DNA from: an uncultured Gammaproteobacteria bacterium
GTDB lineage: Bacteria > Cyanobacteriota > Vampirovibrionia > JBFMGH01
Direction: 5' to 3'
Assembly: GCA_964517135.1 (NCBI GenBank)
Contig: CAZFBA010000008.1
Location: forward strand, 40,064-104,063
Length of the DNA: 64,000 nt
The translations under genes were made by a program, and so were the position numbers. Position 1 is the stretch's first letter, and each line of letters starts with the position of its first letter. The notes below the pieces were generated by a model, which was not told the origin of the DNA, ran no database searches, and was given only the letters and a program-made list of their open reading frames with translations. Positions 49,538-59,741 of this stretch are shown one piece after another.

Positions 49538-51646
49538 ATGAGTGAATTGACCATAGAACAATTACTTGATGAGTATTTAAATAACCGGCTTGATAATGTT
49601 ACTGTTGAAGAGGTCTCGAAACATCTTGATGACCCGGATCCTTTGAAAAGAAGAGTTGCCCTGGAGTTGTTGTATAATCTGACCGGTGATGCCAATTACT
49701 TAATGAAGATTATGCCATTGTTACAGAATGATGTTGCGGCCTTGTGGGATTTCTTGAATGATTATTGCTCATCACTCAATGATAGATTTGTTGTTTCAGT
49801 GCTTATTATGGAGGCCTTAAAGTATATTGACCCGGTTAAAGAGCATGAAAAAGCAGGAAGCATACTTTTTAACTGGCGTCAATTAAACCCGCCTTCTTTA
49901 TTTTTGCCGGATGATGTTGAAGATGCGTCGAAAATTAAAGACCTTGAAGTTGTTTCTCTGCCTGTTATAGCGAATGTTCTTGCTAACTGGATAGCTCTGG
50001 GTGTCAAGCAGTTACCATTTTCAGAATTTCATTATTTCCCGTACTTTTTGGCCAATCATTCAGGTATCAAACTAACGATACCAGAACAGTATTTGAATGC
50101 AATCAGCGAACTGCCGGATAAATTCAGGTCTCATTATGACCTGGGTGTTATGGCAGTCATTCATTCAGACCTCAAAACTGCTAATAAGCATTTTATTGAA
50201 GCAGCCAGAGAAATCCTCTCACGGGATGACCCGGCAAATGCCTTCAATATAGTGGCTAAGTGGCATACCTTTGCCGGACCGTTTCTTAATAAACACCCTG
50301 ATCTACTGGCAGACCTTGAAGATATACTCTGGAAAGTTATTCATGAAGTCTATATAAGAGAATCTGAATCACTTCAGGTCTTTGTAATGTCTATCTTTCT
50401 CTATTGTGATATAGCCTCAAAGCTTATAGGATACAGCCTGTTTAACTATCAACACATACTGGAACTCTCTGAACTCTTTGAAAAGAAAATTTTATTCTTT
50501 AAAATGATCAAGCATATTGAATTTAAACATGAAATTAAACCTAAAGACAACCTTAATATCGGTTTTATTGCATTTAGTCTAAATGAAGGCCCTGCAGGAT
50601 CTATTGTTAACAACTTTATAAGACATCATGATAAATATAAATTCAAGATATTTTTCTATGATTGTGGCTTTGCTCCTCAGATAACAGCTCTTAACCTGAA
50701 TGAAATGCAAAAACATGCTACTGTCAGGCTGCTTGAATATCAAAACCATGATGAAAAGATACTGGATGCAGTAAATTTTGCTTCTCAAATTCACGAAGAT
50801 CAAATAGATATACTGATTTATCTGGACTGGCTGGTGAACCCTGTAGGTCATGCAATTTGTTGCCTGAAACCAGCTCCACTGAATGTCAAGATAGATCTTG
50901 TGGGAATAACTTCTGGCCTATCAAAAATACCTTATATGATTGATTATCTGGGGATTGCAAAAGATAGTAACCTGCCCTTTACTGAAGAATTAATAGAAAT
51001 GCCCCTTACTTTTCCTATGCCAGAAGAAATAGAGAGCTTTGATGGTATAAGTTCTGCTATACTGGGCAATAAAACACTTATGTATTCCTTTGTGGCCCCT
51101 GAGAACCTTGAAACTGAAGACTTTAAAGAAGCTATTGTTAAGATACTTGCCAGAAATCAAGATGCTCACTTTAGTTTTTCATCCAGATGTGATGTCAGGC
51201 CAGTATTATCATATTTTGATGTTGCCGGAGTTGCTGATAGAGTGACCTATCTGGGTACTGATAGTTCGAGGAAGACTGTCTGTGAAAATATCAGGTTATG
51301 TGACATTTACCTAAATCCTTATCCTCTGTCAGGGCGTTCAGATGTATATTATGCAATGACCAGGGGTAAGCCTGTTGTTGCGCTGTCTGGTACTAAAGAT
51401 GATTTACTGGCAAAAAGAATTGGGGCTAAAATTTTAAATGAGCCTGATATTATTGCTCAAAATTATGATGAATATGTTGAAAAAGCTTCCAGATTGATTC
51501 AGTCGCCTGATCTTCGATCTGAAACAGGTAACAGGCTTGCTGAAAGGGCCAGTAACGAATTTAATTCTGATAATGTTGTTAAAAAGCATGAAGAGCTATA
51601 CAGAGAGCTTTATAACCGGCTTGTTTCTGAAAAATCTTCAGTATAA
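49538..51646 (+). CDS. Putative glycosyltransferase with OGT/SPINDLY-like (GT41-like) C-terminal domain and helical N-terminal domain
   Basis: ATG at 49538 (track ORF starts at TTG 49514, overlapping a GAGGGG SD). C-terminal half (NIGFIAFSLNEGPAGS...KFKIFFYD...LKPAPLNVKIDLVGITSG...DIYLNPYPLSGRSDVYYAMTRGKPVVAL) resembles GT41 O-GlcNAc-transferase catalytic domains. By-eye alignment only. Confidence 0.45.
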   Translation: MSELTIEQLLDEYLNNRLDNVTVEEVSKHLDDPDPLKRRVALELLYNLTGDANYLMKIMPLLQNDVAALWDFLNDYCSSLNDRFVVSVLIMEALKYIDPVKEHEKAGSILFNWRQLNPPSLFLPDDVEDASKIKDLEVVSLPVIANVLANWIALGVKQLPFSEFHYFPYFLANHSGIKLTIPEQYLNAISELPDKFRSHYDLGVMAVIHSDLKTANKHFIEAAREILSRDDPANAFNIVAKWHTFAGPFLNKHPDLLADLEDILWKVIHEVYIRESESLQVFVMSIFLYCDIASKLIGYSLFNYQHILELSELFEKKILFFKMIKHIEFKHEIKPKDNLNIGFIAFSLNEGPAGSIVNNFIRHHDKYKFKIFFYDCGFAPQITALNLNEMQKHATVRLLEYQNHDEKILDAVNFASQIHEDQIDILIYLDWLVNPVGHAICCLKPAPLNVKIDLVGITSGLSKIPYMIDYLGIAKDSNLPFTEELIEMPLTFPMPEEIESFDGISSAILGNKTLMYSFVAPENLETEDFKEAIVKILARNQDAHFSFSSRCDVRPVLSYFDVAGVADRVTYLGTDSSRKTVCENIRLCDIYLNPYPLSGRSDVYYAMTRGKPVVALSGTKDDLLAKRIGAKILNEPDIIAQNYDEYVEKASRLIQSPDLRSETGNRLAERASNEFNSDNVVKKHEELYRELYNRLVSEKSSV

Positions 51647-51652
51647 GATGAA

Positions 51653-53872
51653 TTAGACTCTTTTAACGGATATAGCCTTTTCTGTGGGTTCTATTTCCTG
51701 TAGAACCTGTGCTTTTGCTATTGCTACTACGAAATGTATCTCTTCATTTTTATTAACATTTAGTTCTTTAAAGGGTATTGCAAGTTCTATTACGGAGCTT
51801 GCTGCTACTTTTGTGTTTGTTTGGGGATGTATTTTCCAAAGATTGTTTTCAGTTGCTTCTGACAGGGTTGTTTCTATGTGGTTATCCTTTGGGGATATGT
51901 ATATTTCGTAGGCATATTTATATTTAAGTGTTTCAACAAAATTCTCAGACAGCGTCCTGATTCTTACAGGGCTGTTATCTCTTGCTTTGCCCGGGTTGTA
52001 TGCATATATATAGGTGTCATATTCTTTATTTGAGATAGAGTGGGTAGTATCAATTCTTATGTTAAGATGATCTCTATCGAAGCCAAACCATATTCGTCTT
52101 AGCAGGCGGTCACTTTGATACATTGCTCCTGACTTGAACTCTATTACACCGGCTTCTCTCCATTCGTCCTGAGTGTCTGCTTCTCCGTTGATGCTGGGTG
52201 TAAACCATGCAGAAGGGTATTTAAGTGATCTACCAAGGTATACCTCTACCGGTACAAATAATTTTGTTGGTATAGGTTCATTTAAGACACGATAGACATT
52301 CTGAAGGTGTAGCCTGAACTGTTCGTCAAAGAGGTCATCCTGCGCAGAGAAGTTAGGGTCACCGTACCACCAGAACCAGTCAGAGCCTTCAGCTATATAG
52401 AGCTCTTCCCAGGCTTTTTCAATGGTTTCAGTGTCGTAATCATTTTCTTCTATCAGCCTGATAAGGTCATCCCGGGTGTTTTTCAGGTATTGCCAGCCAG
52501 TGTTTTTAGCGGGATCACCTATCCAGATGTGAAAATCTCTATTTATCCAGGAGCCAGAATGGATGTTTTGAAGGGTTCTGGCTGGCGGATTTTTTTCAAG
52601 GTATTCACTGACAGTACAGACATCAATAGATGTATCTTCACTAAGTCGAGTATAGAGGTTTTTCAGGAATGGTATACCGTCAAGATCATAGTATTCCCAG
52701 CAGTTTTCACCATCCAGCGCAATGGTAACAAGGTGGTTGTCGGTTGAGTGAGAGAGTTTATCCTGTACATCTTTTATGCGGTCATAGAGTTCCCAGGCGG
52801 CTTGTTTGGGATCCATTTTGCCCAGTTGAAAGCCGATTAGGTCTGAGTAGACCACGTTTCTAAAAATCATGTCTACGGTTTTACCGTCGATGTTGATTTT
52901 ATAGGGCTGGCATAGCTCTTTAGGTTTTTCAAGATTGCCATAGAAGTTTCTATGAAAGTCTTTTCCCAGTGATGCAGATAGAACTCCTTCATCGGAGATA
53001 GCCCACTGTATTCCTTCATCAGCCATTAACTTAATGGTTTCAGGGCTGACAGACTGTTCGGATGGCCACATGCCTTTTGGATGTCTGCCGAATAGTTCTT
53101 TATACTTTTTAACAGCTCTTTTTACATGTATTTTTGCATCTTCAGGGTGTTGAAAAGGTTTTTCTGGTAGCTGCATTTCGGGCCGGGCAATTTGTGCTGC
53201 ATTTGTATCAATCAACAACGGCAGTATCGGGTGATAGTAAGGACTAATGGTGACTTCTATCTGTCCTTTTTCTTGATAAGCTTTATAGGCTGGTATTATT
53301 TCGCTGATGATTTTTCGTTGAATTTGTAAAAGTTGTTTTCTTTGCTCTAGTGAAAAGTTTTTTTCTTGCTTTACAAAGCTTTTTAGTTCTGGTATCTCGC
53401 TAATCCAGCGTGGGTCAAACCAGACAAGATTAAACCACATTATAATATCTGCATATTCCTGGCTGGAAAAGTTATCTATATTTGATCCGGCGCTGAGTGT
53501 CTTGTTTCGCTGGTAAAGGCTGTGGTAATATGCATTTTTGGCAATCATGTTTTGATAATTAGCATCGAAAAAACGTTCCAGAATGAAGATTTTATCATCG
53601 TTGGTGAACTCTTCTTCTGGTTTAATCATTAGTATTGAATGTTGATCATGGGCTTCGTTATAAGCATAGTCGTTAAGTTGATCTACTAAAGAAGGTACTA
53701 TATTAAACGTTTGCCTTATTTCAGGGTAATCTTCAAGAATTAATACCATATCAAGGTAGTCTTTGATGGCATGCAGACGTACCCATGGCATGAAATACTT
53801 TCCTGTTAGGTGATCTTTATAGAGTGGTTGATGCATATGCCATACAAAAGCGACGGATAACTTTTTGGCCAT
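51653..53872 (-). CDS. Glycoside hydrolase family 57 (alpha-glucan-active; branching enzyme / glucanotransferase-like)
   Basis: 739 aa; N-terminal FVWHMHQPLYKD signature of GH57 (HQHQP-type), catalytic-region acidic residues, long C-terminal helical/beta extension. Confidence 0.75.
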   Translation of the reverse strand: MAKKLSVAFVWHMHQPLYKDHLTGKYFMPWVRLHAIKDYLDMVLILEDYPEIRQTFNIVPSLVDQLNDYAYNEAHDQHSILMIKPEEEFTNDDKIFILERFFDANYQNMIAKNAYYHSLYQRNKTLSAGSNIDNFSSQEYADIIMWFNLVWFDPRWISEIPELKSFVKQEKNFSLEQRKQLLQIQRKIISEIIPAYKAYQEKGQIEVTISPYYHPILPLLIDTNAAQIARPEMQLPEKPFQHPEDAKIHVKRAVKKYKELFGRHPKGMWPSEQSVSPETIKLMADEGIQWAISDEGVLSASLGKDFHRNFYGNLEKPKELCQPYKINIDGKTVDMIFRNVVYSDLIGFQLGKMDPKQAAWELYDRIKDVQDKLSHSTDNHLVTIALDGENCWEYYDLDGIPFLKNLYTRLSEDTSIDVCTVSEYLEKNPPARTLQNIHSGSWINRDFHIWIGDPAKNTGWQYLKNTRDDLIRLIEENDYDTETIEKAWEELYIAEGSDWFWWYGDPNFSAQDDLFDEQFRLHLQNVYRVLNEPIPTKLFVPVEVYLGRSLKYPSAWFTPSINGEADTQDEWREAGVIEFKSGAMYQSDRLLRRIWFGFDRDHLNIRIDTTHSISNKEYDTYIYAYNPGKARDNSPVRIRTLSENFVETLKYKYAYEIYISPKDNHIETTLSEATENNLWKIHPQTNTKVAASSVIELAIPFKELNVNKNEEIHFVVAIAKAQVLQEIEPTEKAISVKRV

Positions 53873-54215
53873 TGCTGATTCCTTTTATAGTGGTGAAATA
53901 TCTGATAGTTGAAGAAATAAATTCTACATCCTAATAGTGATTATAAATTAATTTTAAGTTTATTTAAAACAGTTCATATTTCACTGGTGTGATGGGTTAA
54001 TGTGCTCAAGCCTAAAAAGGCGTTATAGCAGGTGTTTTACGGTTATTCTGTATATACAGAAAAATGGCCAAAAAAAATACCCTTTACCCAGGGTAGGAGA
54101 AGCATTAACATCATCTAACAGGCGTATTTGAAACATTAAGTGGGTTTAGGTTGGCAAGCAAAGCTCAACCTGTTTTATCTTAGGTTTGATTATTGTTAAA
54201 TTTAATCAGTTAAGA

Positions 54216-54545
54216 TTAAGCGAAGGTTTTGAATGACATATCGATGTTCTTATCGATAACTTTCTGGACAGCTTGAATTTCAGTTTGTACAGCTTGTTGT
54301 TGTGTGTCAACTCTTCTTAACTGCATTTCGAGTCTTTTGTCGATTTGTTGAATCGCTTCAACACGTTTTTGTTCTTGTTGCATTTTGGGGTCATCCGGTG
54401 TCATGTTGGCTTGACCTTCCATCATTTTGCTCATCTGGTTGGCCAGTGCCATCCTTGCCTGGTTAATGGATTGACCCTGCATTTCAAGATCGCTCTTCCG
54501 AGCTGTTAACATTAAGAATCGTGCTTGACTTGCTGCTAAACCCAT
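54216..54545 (-). CDS. Small coiled-coil hypothetical protein (109 aa), strong SD
   Basis: GGAGGAAA SD 8 nt upstream of ATG on the minus strand; Q/M-rich heptad-like sequence (MGLAASQARFLMLTARKSDLEMQGQSINQARMALANQ...). Isolated by 340-bp and 800-bp non-coding spacers. Confidence 0.55.
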   Translation of the reverse strand: MGLAASQARFLMLTARKSDLEMQGQSINQARMALANQMSKMMEGQANMTPDDPKMQQEQKRVEAIQQIDKRLEMQLRRVDTQQQAVQTEIQAVQKVIDKNIDMSFKTFA

Positions 54546-55343
54546 TTAAAATTTCCTCCGTAAAACTCTCTTTCTTTACCTTTTTAAAAGTCCTCTCTCT
54601 TTGATAATGAATAAATTTCCTTCCAACATTTTTGCTTGAAATTAAAATCACCTTGCGGTGTAATATTTATTCTTTTATCACCTCACTTTTCCTCAAAATA
54701 AATTCCGCAAAGAACATAATAATTCCTATAGTTATAAAAACAAATCTTGATTTCGAATTGCCCGAACCCTTGCAGCAGAGCTATTTTCATGATTTCATCA
54801 GTGTATATTTCGTATTTATAAGGTATTGACTTAATATTTATTATATATATATTAAGATGGTTTTCGGGGATGGTTTTTGTTACATTCTTCATACTTAATA
54901 TTTTGTTACTTTATATAAACAAACAATACTTCTTTCCTGCTAGAACCTTTTAATGCAAGGATTTAGACGATTGCCTTTTCTCTGATATCTATTCAAAAAA
55001 AATCTGGTTATATTTAAAAATCAATGTTGGAGCTATTTTATGCCTGATTTGAGGTTTATCAGGCTTTCAATAAAGTTTATATAATATAAAGAAATGTATC
55101 GCCAGTTAAAGATGACAGGTTTTTGGTTTTGCTGCCCTGGCTTTAAGTGAGTGTTATAAACTACTATGACGAAAGAATACCTGCCAGTATGCTTCATTAA
55201 ACAGTTTTTATTAATTGTAATTGTTTTACTTCGTTCAATATCCATGAATTATTCAGTATTGCTTTTGATTTATATTATGTTTGAGATATCCTCTCAGGAA
55301 GAAGTCAAAAAGTCTTATAAAGAAAACAATACAGATATACCGG

Positions 55344-56702
55344 ATGCAAAAACATGTCTTGATAATTGGTGGTGGTCTTGCTGGTTCTGAAGCAGCTCTT
55401 TTTCTTGCACAAAAAGGTATTAAAGTTACACTTTATGAGATGCGGCCAGCTTTTCAGACCGCTGTTCATAAAACAGGCTGGATGGCAGAACTTGTGTGCA
55501 GCAATAGTCTTGGGTCATATGCTCTTGACAATGCTTCGGGAGTAATGAAAGAAGAGATTATCAGGCTGGGGTCTTCTCTTATACCTGCTGCTTATCATTG
55601 CAAGATACCGGCAGGTGGTGCCCTCGCTGTTGACAGGGATCAATTTGCTCTCTATGTTACTGAAAAAATTGAATCTCATCCGATGATTGAAGTTAAATAT
55701 GAACCTGTACATGATATACATGTATATGTTGATTTATTTGATGCAATATTAATTGCAACTGGCCCTCTAACTTCTGATGAGTTTGCTCTTAATCTTGCAA
55801 AAATGACTGGTGAAAGCTATTTACACTTCTATGATGCGGTGGCTCCTATAGTAGAGTTTGATTCTATAGATATGTCAATTGCTTACAAAATGGATCGTTA
55901 CAATAAAACAGGTGAGGCCTCTTATATAAACTGCCCGATGACAGAAGAAGAGCATAGCAGGTTTTATGATTATCTCATTAATGCACCCGTAATAGAACTT
56001 AAAGACTTTGAAAAAGACTGTAAATACTTTGAAAGCTGTATGCCAGTAGAAGTGATTGCCAGCAGGGGAATAGACACCCTTAGATTTGGCCCTATGAAGC
56101 CTGTGGGACTTCCTTATCCAGGAACTGATAAAATCCCTTATGCTGTAGTGCAACTTCGTCAGGATAATGCTATTGCCAGTCTGTATAATCTGGTTGGTTT
56201 TCAGACAAATTTAAAGTGGTCTGCCCAGAAGGAACTTATTAAACTGATCCCGGGACTTCAGAATGCCAGTATAGTTCGCTATGGCGTTATGCATCGCAAT
56301 ACATATATTAATAGTCCTGTGCTTTTAAATTCGTCGTTGAACTTTAAAGCATCTCCATCAGTTTTTATTGCCGGTCAGCTAACAGGGGTAGAAGGCTATA
56401 CAGAGTCAATAGCAACAGGTCTTCTTGCTGCAATCAATATATTATGCTATTTATATAAAGAACCTTTGTTAGAACTATCTTCTGATACTGTTCTGGGATC
56501 TCTCTGTAATTATATAACTTCTGCTGATCCCGGGCATTTTCAGCCTATGAACGCAAACTGGGGTATTGTTAACCCGCCGGATGCTTATGAAAAGCTTAAA
56601 AACAAAAAAATGCGCAGGCAATTCTACTCTCAAAGGGCTTTGAGATGTATAGATAATTGGGCTAAAATCTTAAGTCAAAGGTTAACAGAAGTTATGCGCT
56701 AA
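55344..56702 (+). CDS. trmFO: Methylenetetrahydrofolate--tRNA-(uracil54-C5)-methyltransferase TrmFO
   Basis: Start at ATG 55344 (MQKHVLIIGGGLAGSEAALFLAQKG FAD-binding motif); AELVCSNSLGS conserved TrmFO/Gid motif. Track ORF begins at TTG 55281. Confidence 0.85.
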   Translation: MQKHVLIIGGGLAGSEAALFLAQKGIKVTLYEMRPAFQTAVHKTGWMAELVCSNSLGSYALDNASGVMKEEIIRLGSSLIPAAYHCKIPAGGALAVDRDQFALYVTEKIESHPMIEVKYEPVHDIHVYVDLFDAILIATGPLTSDEFALNLAKMTGESYLHFYDAVAPIVEFDSIDMSIAYKMDRYNKTGEASYINCPMTEEEHSRFYDYLINAPVIELKDFEKDCKYFESCMPVEVIASRGIDTLRFGPMKPVGLPYPGTDKIPYAVVQLRQDNAIASLYNLVGFQTNLKWSAQKELIKLIPGLQNASIVRYGVMHRNTYINSPVLLNSSLNFKASPSVFIAGQLTGVEGYTESIATGLLAAINILCYLYKEPLLELSSDTVLGSLCNYITSADPGHFQPMNANWGIVNPPDAYEKLKNKKMRRQFYSQRALRCIDNWAKILSQRLTEVMR

Positions 56703-57183
56703 AAATAAACCCGTTTTTAGCGTCATTTTGAGAAATTTTGTTAAGAAATTCACCTGGCCTGAATAGTCCCAGTACATTAAAAGATTCTTCAACCCTCTTT
56801 TTAGCTTTGACAGGTCTGGCCTGGGGGTTTGTCTGGTCTGAAAAGATGTTTTCCATAAGACTTTTACTATCATCATTTTCAGAACCATTCCTGTTGTCAG
56901 CCAGTTGTTGTTTCTGTCTTATTTCGTTGTTTGACTGTAAACTGCCGACAAGACTCTCATATGAGCTTAATAGCCCATTATGAGATTTAGCATTAGGGTT
57001 TGTTGAATGCTTTAGTCTGGTGCTATTTTGATCAGGCCTGATGTCCTTAGAATAAGGCTGTTTTTGACTCGCAAGCCCAAACAATGCTAAGTTTTTAGCC
57101 ACGTCGTTACAAATGTTGTCCACCGCGATCCTCTCTCTTACCCAAGTTTCCCTTAACTTAGTTAGATCAGGATTTAAACACAA
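56692..57183 (-). CDS. Hypothetical low-complexity protein (doubtful)
   Basis: 163 aa from a TTG start, Ser/Asn/Gln-rich, overlaps the trmFO 3' end by 11 nt; no RBS or family recognised. Confidence 0.25.
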   Translation of the reverse strand: MCLNPDLTKLRETWVRERIAVDNICNDVAKNLALFGLASQKQPYSKDIRPDQNSTRLKHSTNPNAKSHNGLLSSYESLVGSLQSNNEIRQKQQLADNRNGSENDDSKSLMENIFSDQTNPQARPVKAKKRVEESFNVLGLFRPGEFLNKISQNDAKNGFIFSA

Positions 57184-57548
57184 AGTAATGATAGACCCAC
57201 TATTGTGAGATTATAGCGTTGTGAAGCTAAACTGCCGTTAAGAAAAATTAGCTACCTGAAATCTAAAACCCGGTTGATCCGTAAATAAGTTCTATTTTTA
57301 TAATAACATTTGTTTGGTTTTTGAAAACCATGAAATGCTTGATATTTTAAATTATTAATAATAAATTTCCAGTTTTTCTCCTTTTATTTATATTCTTTGT
57401 ATACACCGGGTATATATGATAGATCTATTGATTTGCCTGTAATTTTTACAATTGTTTGCTTTTACAATTCTTTATATAAAGATTATTGAAAAGTAATGAG
57501 TAAGGTTGTTATGATAGAGCTTGACTATTTTATAGGTTTTTTTAAAAT

Positions 57549-58835
57549 ATGTATTACTTATATAATCTTATTCTTACCTTTTTGCTGGTACTCTTATTGC
57601 CTGTATGGCTTATTATATTGCTTTCAGGCAGGAAATATAGAGCAGGATTTAAGCAAAAAACAGGTTTTTTGCCAGTTGCATTGAAAGAAAAAATAAAGTC
57701 TTTTGCCAGAAAACCAGTGTGGTTTCATGCTGTATCTGTTGGTGAAACTATTGCTGTCTCTGATCTTGTTAAAGAATTTAAATATAAATACCCTGAGTAT
57801 CCGGTTGTCTTTACTACGGTTACTTTTACTGGCCAGGAAATAGCTAAAAAGAGGCTGGGAGAAATAGCAACAATCTTTTATTTCCCTTATGATATTGGTT
57901 TTATTACTCGAAAAGTCATAGAAATAATAGATCCATGCCTTGTCGTTATAGTTGAAACTGAAATATGGCCGAATTTTGCAGCAAATCTTTATAAGAAAAA
58001 TATACCTTTACTTCTGATTAATGGTCGCTTATCACCAAAGTCTTACAGAAATTATAAGTTCTTTAAACCTCTGGTATCAATCGTTCTAAAATATTTTTCT
58101 CGCTTCCTCATGCAAACTGATCTTGATGCGAAACGTATTATAGATATAGGGGCTGATAAAGATAAAGTTGATATTACTGGCAACCTTAAATATGATATTA
58201 AAAAGGCTTTTACTTTTGACCAGGTTGAAGATCTCAAAAATGAACTGTGTTTAACAGATGCAGATAAGGTTATTATTGCGGGTAGCACACATAGTGGTGA
58301 AGAAAGTATTATTCTAGATGTCTTTCTAAAGCTTTGCAGAGATATTCATGACCTTAAGCTTATAATAGTACCCAGGCACCCGGAACGCTATGACGAAGTA
58401 ATTAATATTTTAGACTCTTCTAAGGTTAGTTTTTGTCGTAGAAGCCTTAAAAATAGCTTTAAAGAAGCTCCGGTGTTTCTTCTTGATACTATGGGAGAAC
58501 TTTCTGGTTTTTATTCAATAGCTGATGTCGCTTTTATAGGCGGTTCAATCATTGAGAAAGGTGGACATAACCCTCTGGAGCCTGCTGTTTACTCAAAACC
58601 TGTTGTTATTGGGCCACATACATTTAACTTTCATGAAATTACTAAATATATGGTAGAAGCTGGTGCCGCTATACAGTTCAATGATCAGGAGCAGCTCTAT
58701 TCTGTTTTGTCTGCTCTGCTGACAGATAATAGCTATTATGAGAAAGCACAGGTATCATGTAAAAAGGTTTTTGAAGCTAATAGAGGTGCTACCGAAAGAA
58801 CATTGCATGTCATTGCAACTTATTTAAATGAATAA
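57549..58835 (+). CDS. waaA: 3-deoxy-D-manno-octulosonic acid (Kdo) transferase
   Basis: 428 aa; N-terminal membrane anchor, PVWFHAVSVGETIAV motif typical of KdtA/WaaA, C-terminal GT-B domain (GGSIIEKGGHNPLEPA). Confidence 0.85.
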   Translation: MYYLYNLILTFLLVLLLPVWLIILLSGRKYRAGFKQKTGFLPVALKEKIKSFARKPVWFHAVSVGETIAVSDLVKEFKYKYPEYPVVFTTVTFTGQEIAKKRLGEIATIFYFPYDIGFITRKVIEIIDPCLVVIVETEIWPNFAANLYKKNIPLLLINGRLSPKSYRNYKFFKPLVSIVLKYFSRFLMQTDLDAKRIIDIGADKDKVDITGNLKYDIKKAFTFDQVEDLKNELCLTDADKVIIAGSTHSGEESIILDVFLKLCRDIHDLKLIIVPRHPERYDEVINILDSSKVSFCRRSLKNSFKEAPVFLLDTMGELSGFYSIADVAFIGGSIIEKGGHNPLEPAVYSKPVVIGPHTFNFHEITKYMVEAGAAIQFNDQEQLYSVLSALLTDNSYYEKAQVSCKKVFEANRGATERTLHVIATYLNE

Positions 58836-58848
58836 GCTTAAAATATCC

Positions 58849-59730
58849 TTATTTGCTTTTAACTATAATAGGTATGTCTTCTGTGGTTATGTTTTTTCCG
58901 GATGCTGAAATTTCTAAAACCTTTATATATTCAGGTTTTAGTTGAAGTATTTGTGTTCTTTCTTTGCTGGTATTTTCTTCATCGCCCTTACTCATATAGA
59001 TTTTCCACAGCAAATAATGTACATCGGGGTTATTAGTATCTATTTCCAGTGCAATTTTAGCTGTTCTTAAGGCATCTTCAAGCCTGTTATCTGCTATATA
59101 TGACTCTGTAAGATAAATGTGGGCATCTAAATCTCCTGGTATGATGGTAATTGCATTCTCAAGCATGTCTACAGCCTTTTTAAACTCACTTTTTTTATAG
59201 TGAGCCTTACCCAGATAGATGTATGCTTCAGACCATTCCGGGTCTATAGAGACGGTTTTTCTCAAGTAATCAATAGCAAAGTCATACATTTCTTTCTTTA
59301 AATAAGTTAAACCAAGGTAGTAGTGGGCTTCTAGAAAATCAGTTTTAATGGTTATCGCTTTTTTTAGCATTTTTTCAGCCTTGTTAATTTCATTCATCTC
59401 ATAATTTAGTCTGCCAACCCAGTAGCAGGCCCGTTGATTATCAGGATCAGAAAAATAGGCACGTTTAAAGCTTTCTATAGCCCCTTCTCTGTTAAGTTTA
59501 TGATAGTGTATGATACCCATGTTGATCAGTGCTTCAGATAAATCAGGGTTGAGAGCCAGGGCTTTAGTGTATTCTTCTTCGGCCTGGTCTAACTGTTTGC
59601 TTTCCATGTACTTATTGCCGAGGTTAAAGTGTGCCTGAGCTTCGGCTTTTTCTTTCTTGCTTAATTTTTTACCGCTAAAACCTTTAAAAGTGCTTTTAAT
59701 AAATAGTTTTAAGTTTTCTATTATTCCCAT
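58849..59730 (-). CDS. TPR-repeat protein
   Basis: 293 aa; consecutive 34-aa TPR units (AHFNLGNKYMESKQLDQAEEEYTKALALNPD; AYIYLGKAHYKKSEFKKAVDMLENAITIIPGD...). Confidence 0.8.
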   Translation of the reverse strand: MGIIENLKLFIKSTFKGFSGKKLSKKEKAEAQAHFNLGNKYMESKQLDQAEEEYTKALALNPDLSEALINMGIIHYHKLNREGAIESFKRAYFSDPDNQRACYWVGRLNYEMNEINKAEKMLKKAITIKTDFLEAHYYLGLTYLKKEMYDFAIDYLRKTVSIDPEWSEAYIYLGKAHYKKSEFKKAVDMLENAITIIPGDLDAHIYLTESYIADNRLEDALRTAKIALEIDTNNPDVHYLLWKIYMSKGDEENTSKERTQILQLKPEYIKVLEISASGKNITTEDIPIIVKSK

Positions 59731-59741
59731 TTTAGACTCTT

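Noticed and set aside
54632-55390. Small ORFs (65-74 aa) on both strands within the 800-bp spacer upstream of trmFO
   Set aside because: Short, overlapping each other, Ile/Tyr/Asn/Phe-rich as expected for AT-rich non-coding DNA, no convincing SD.
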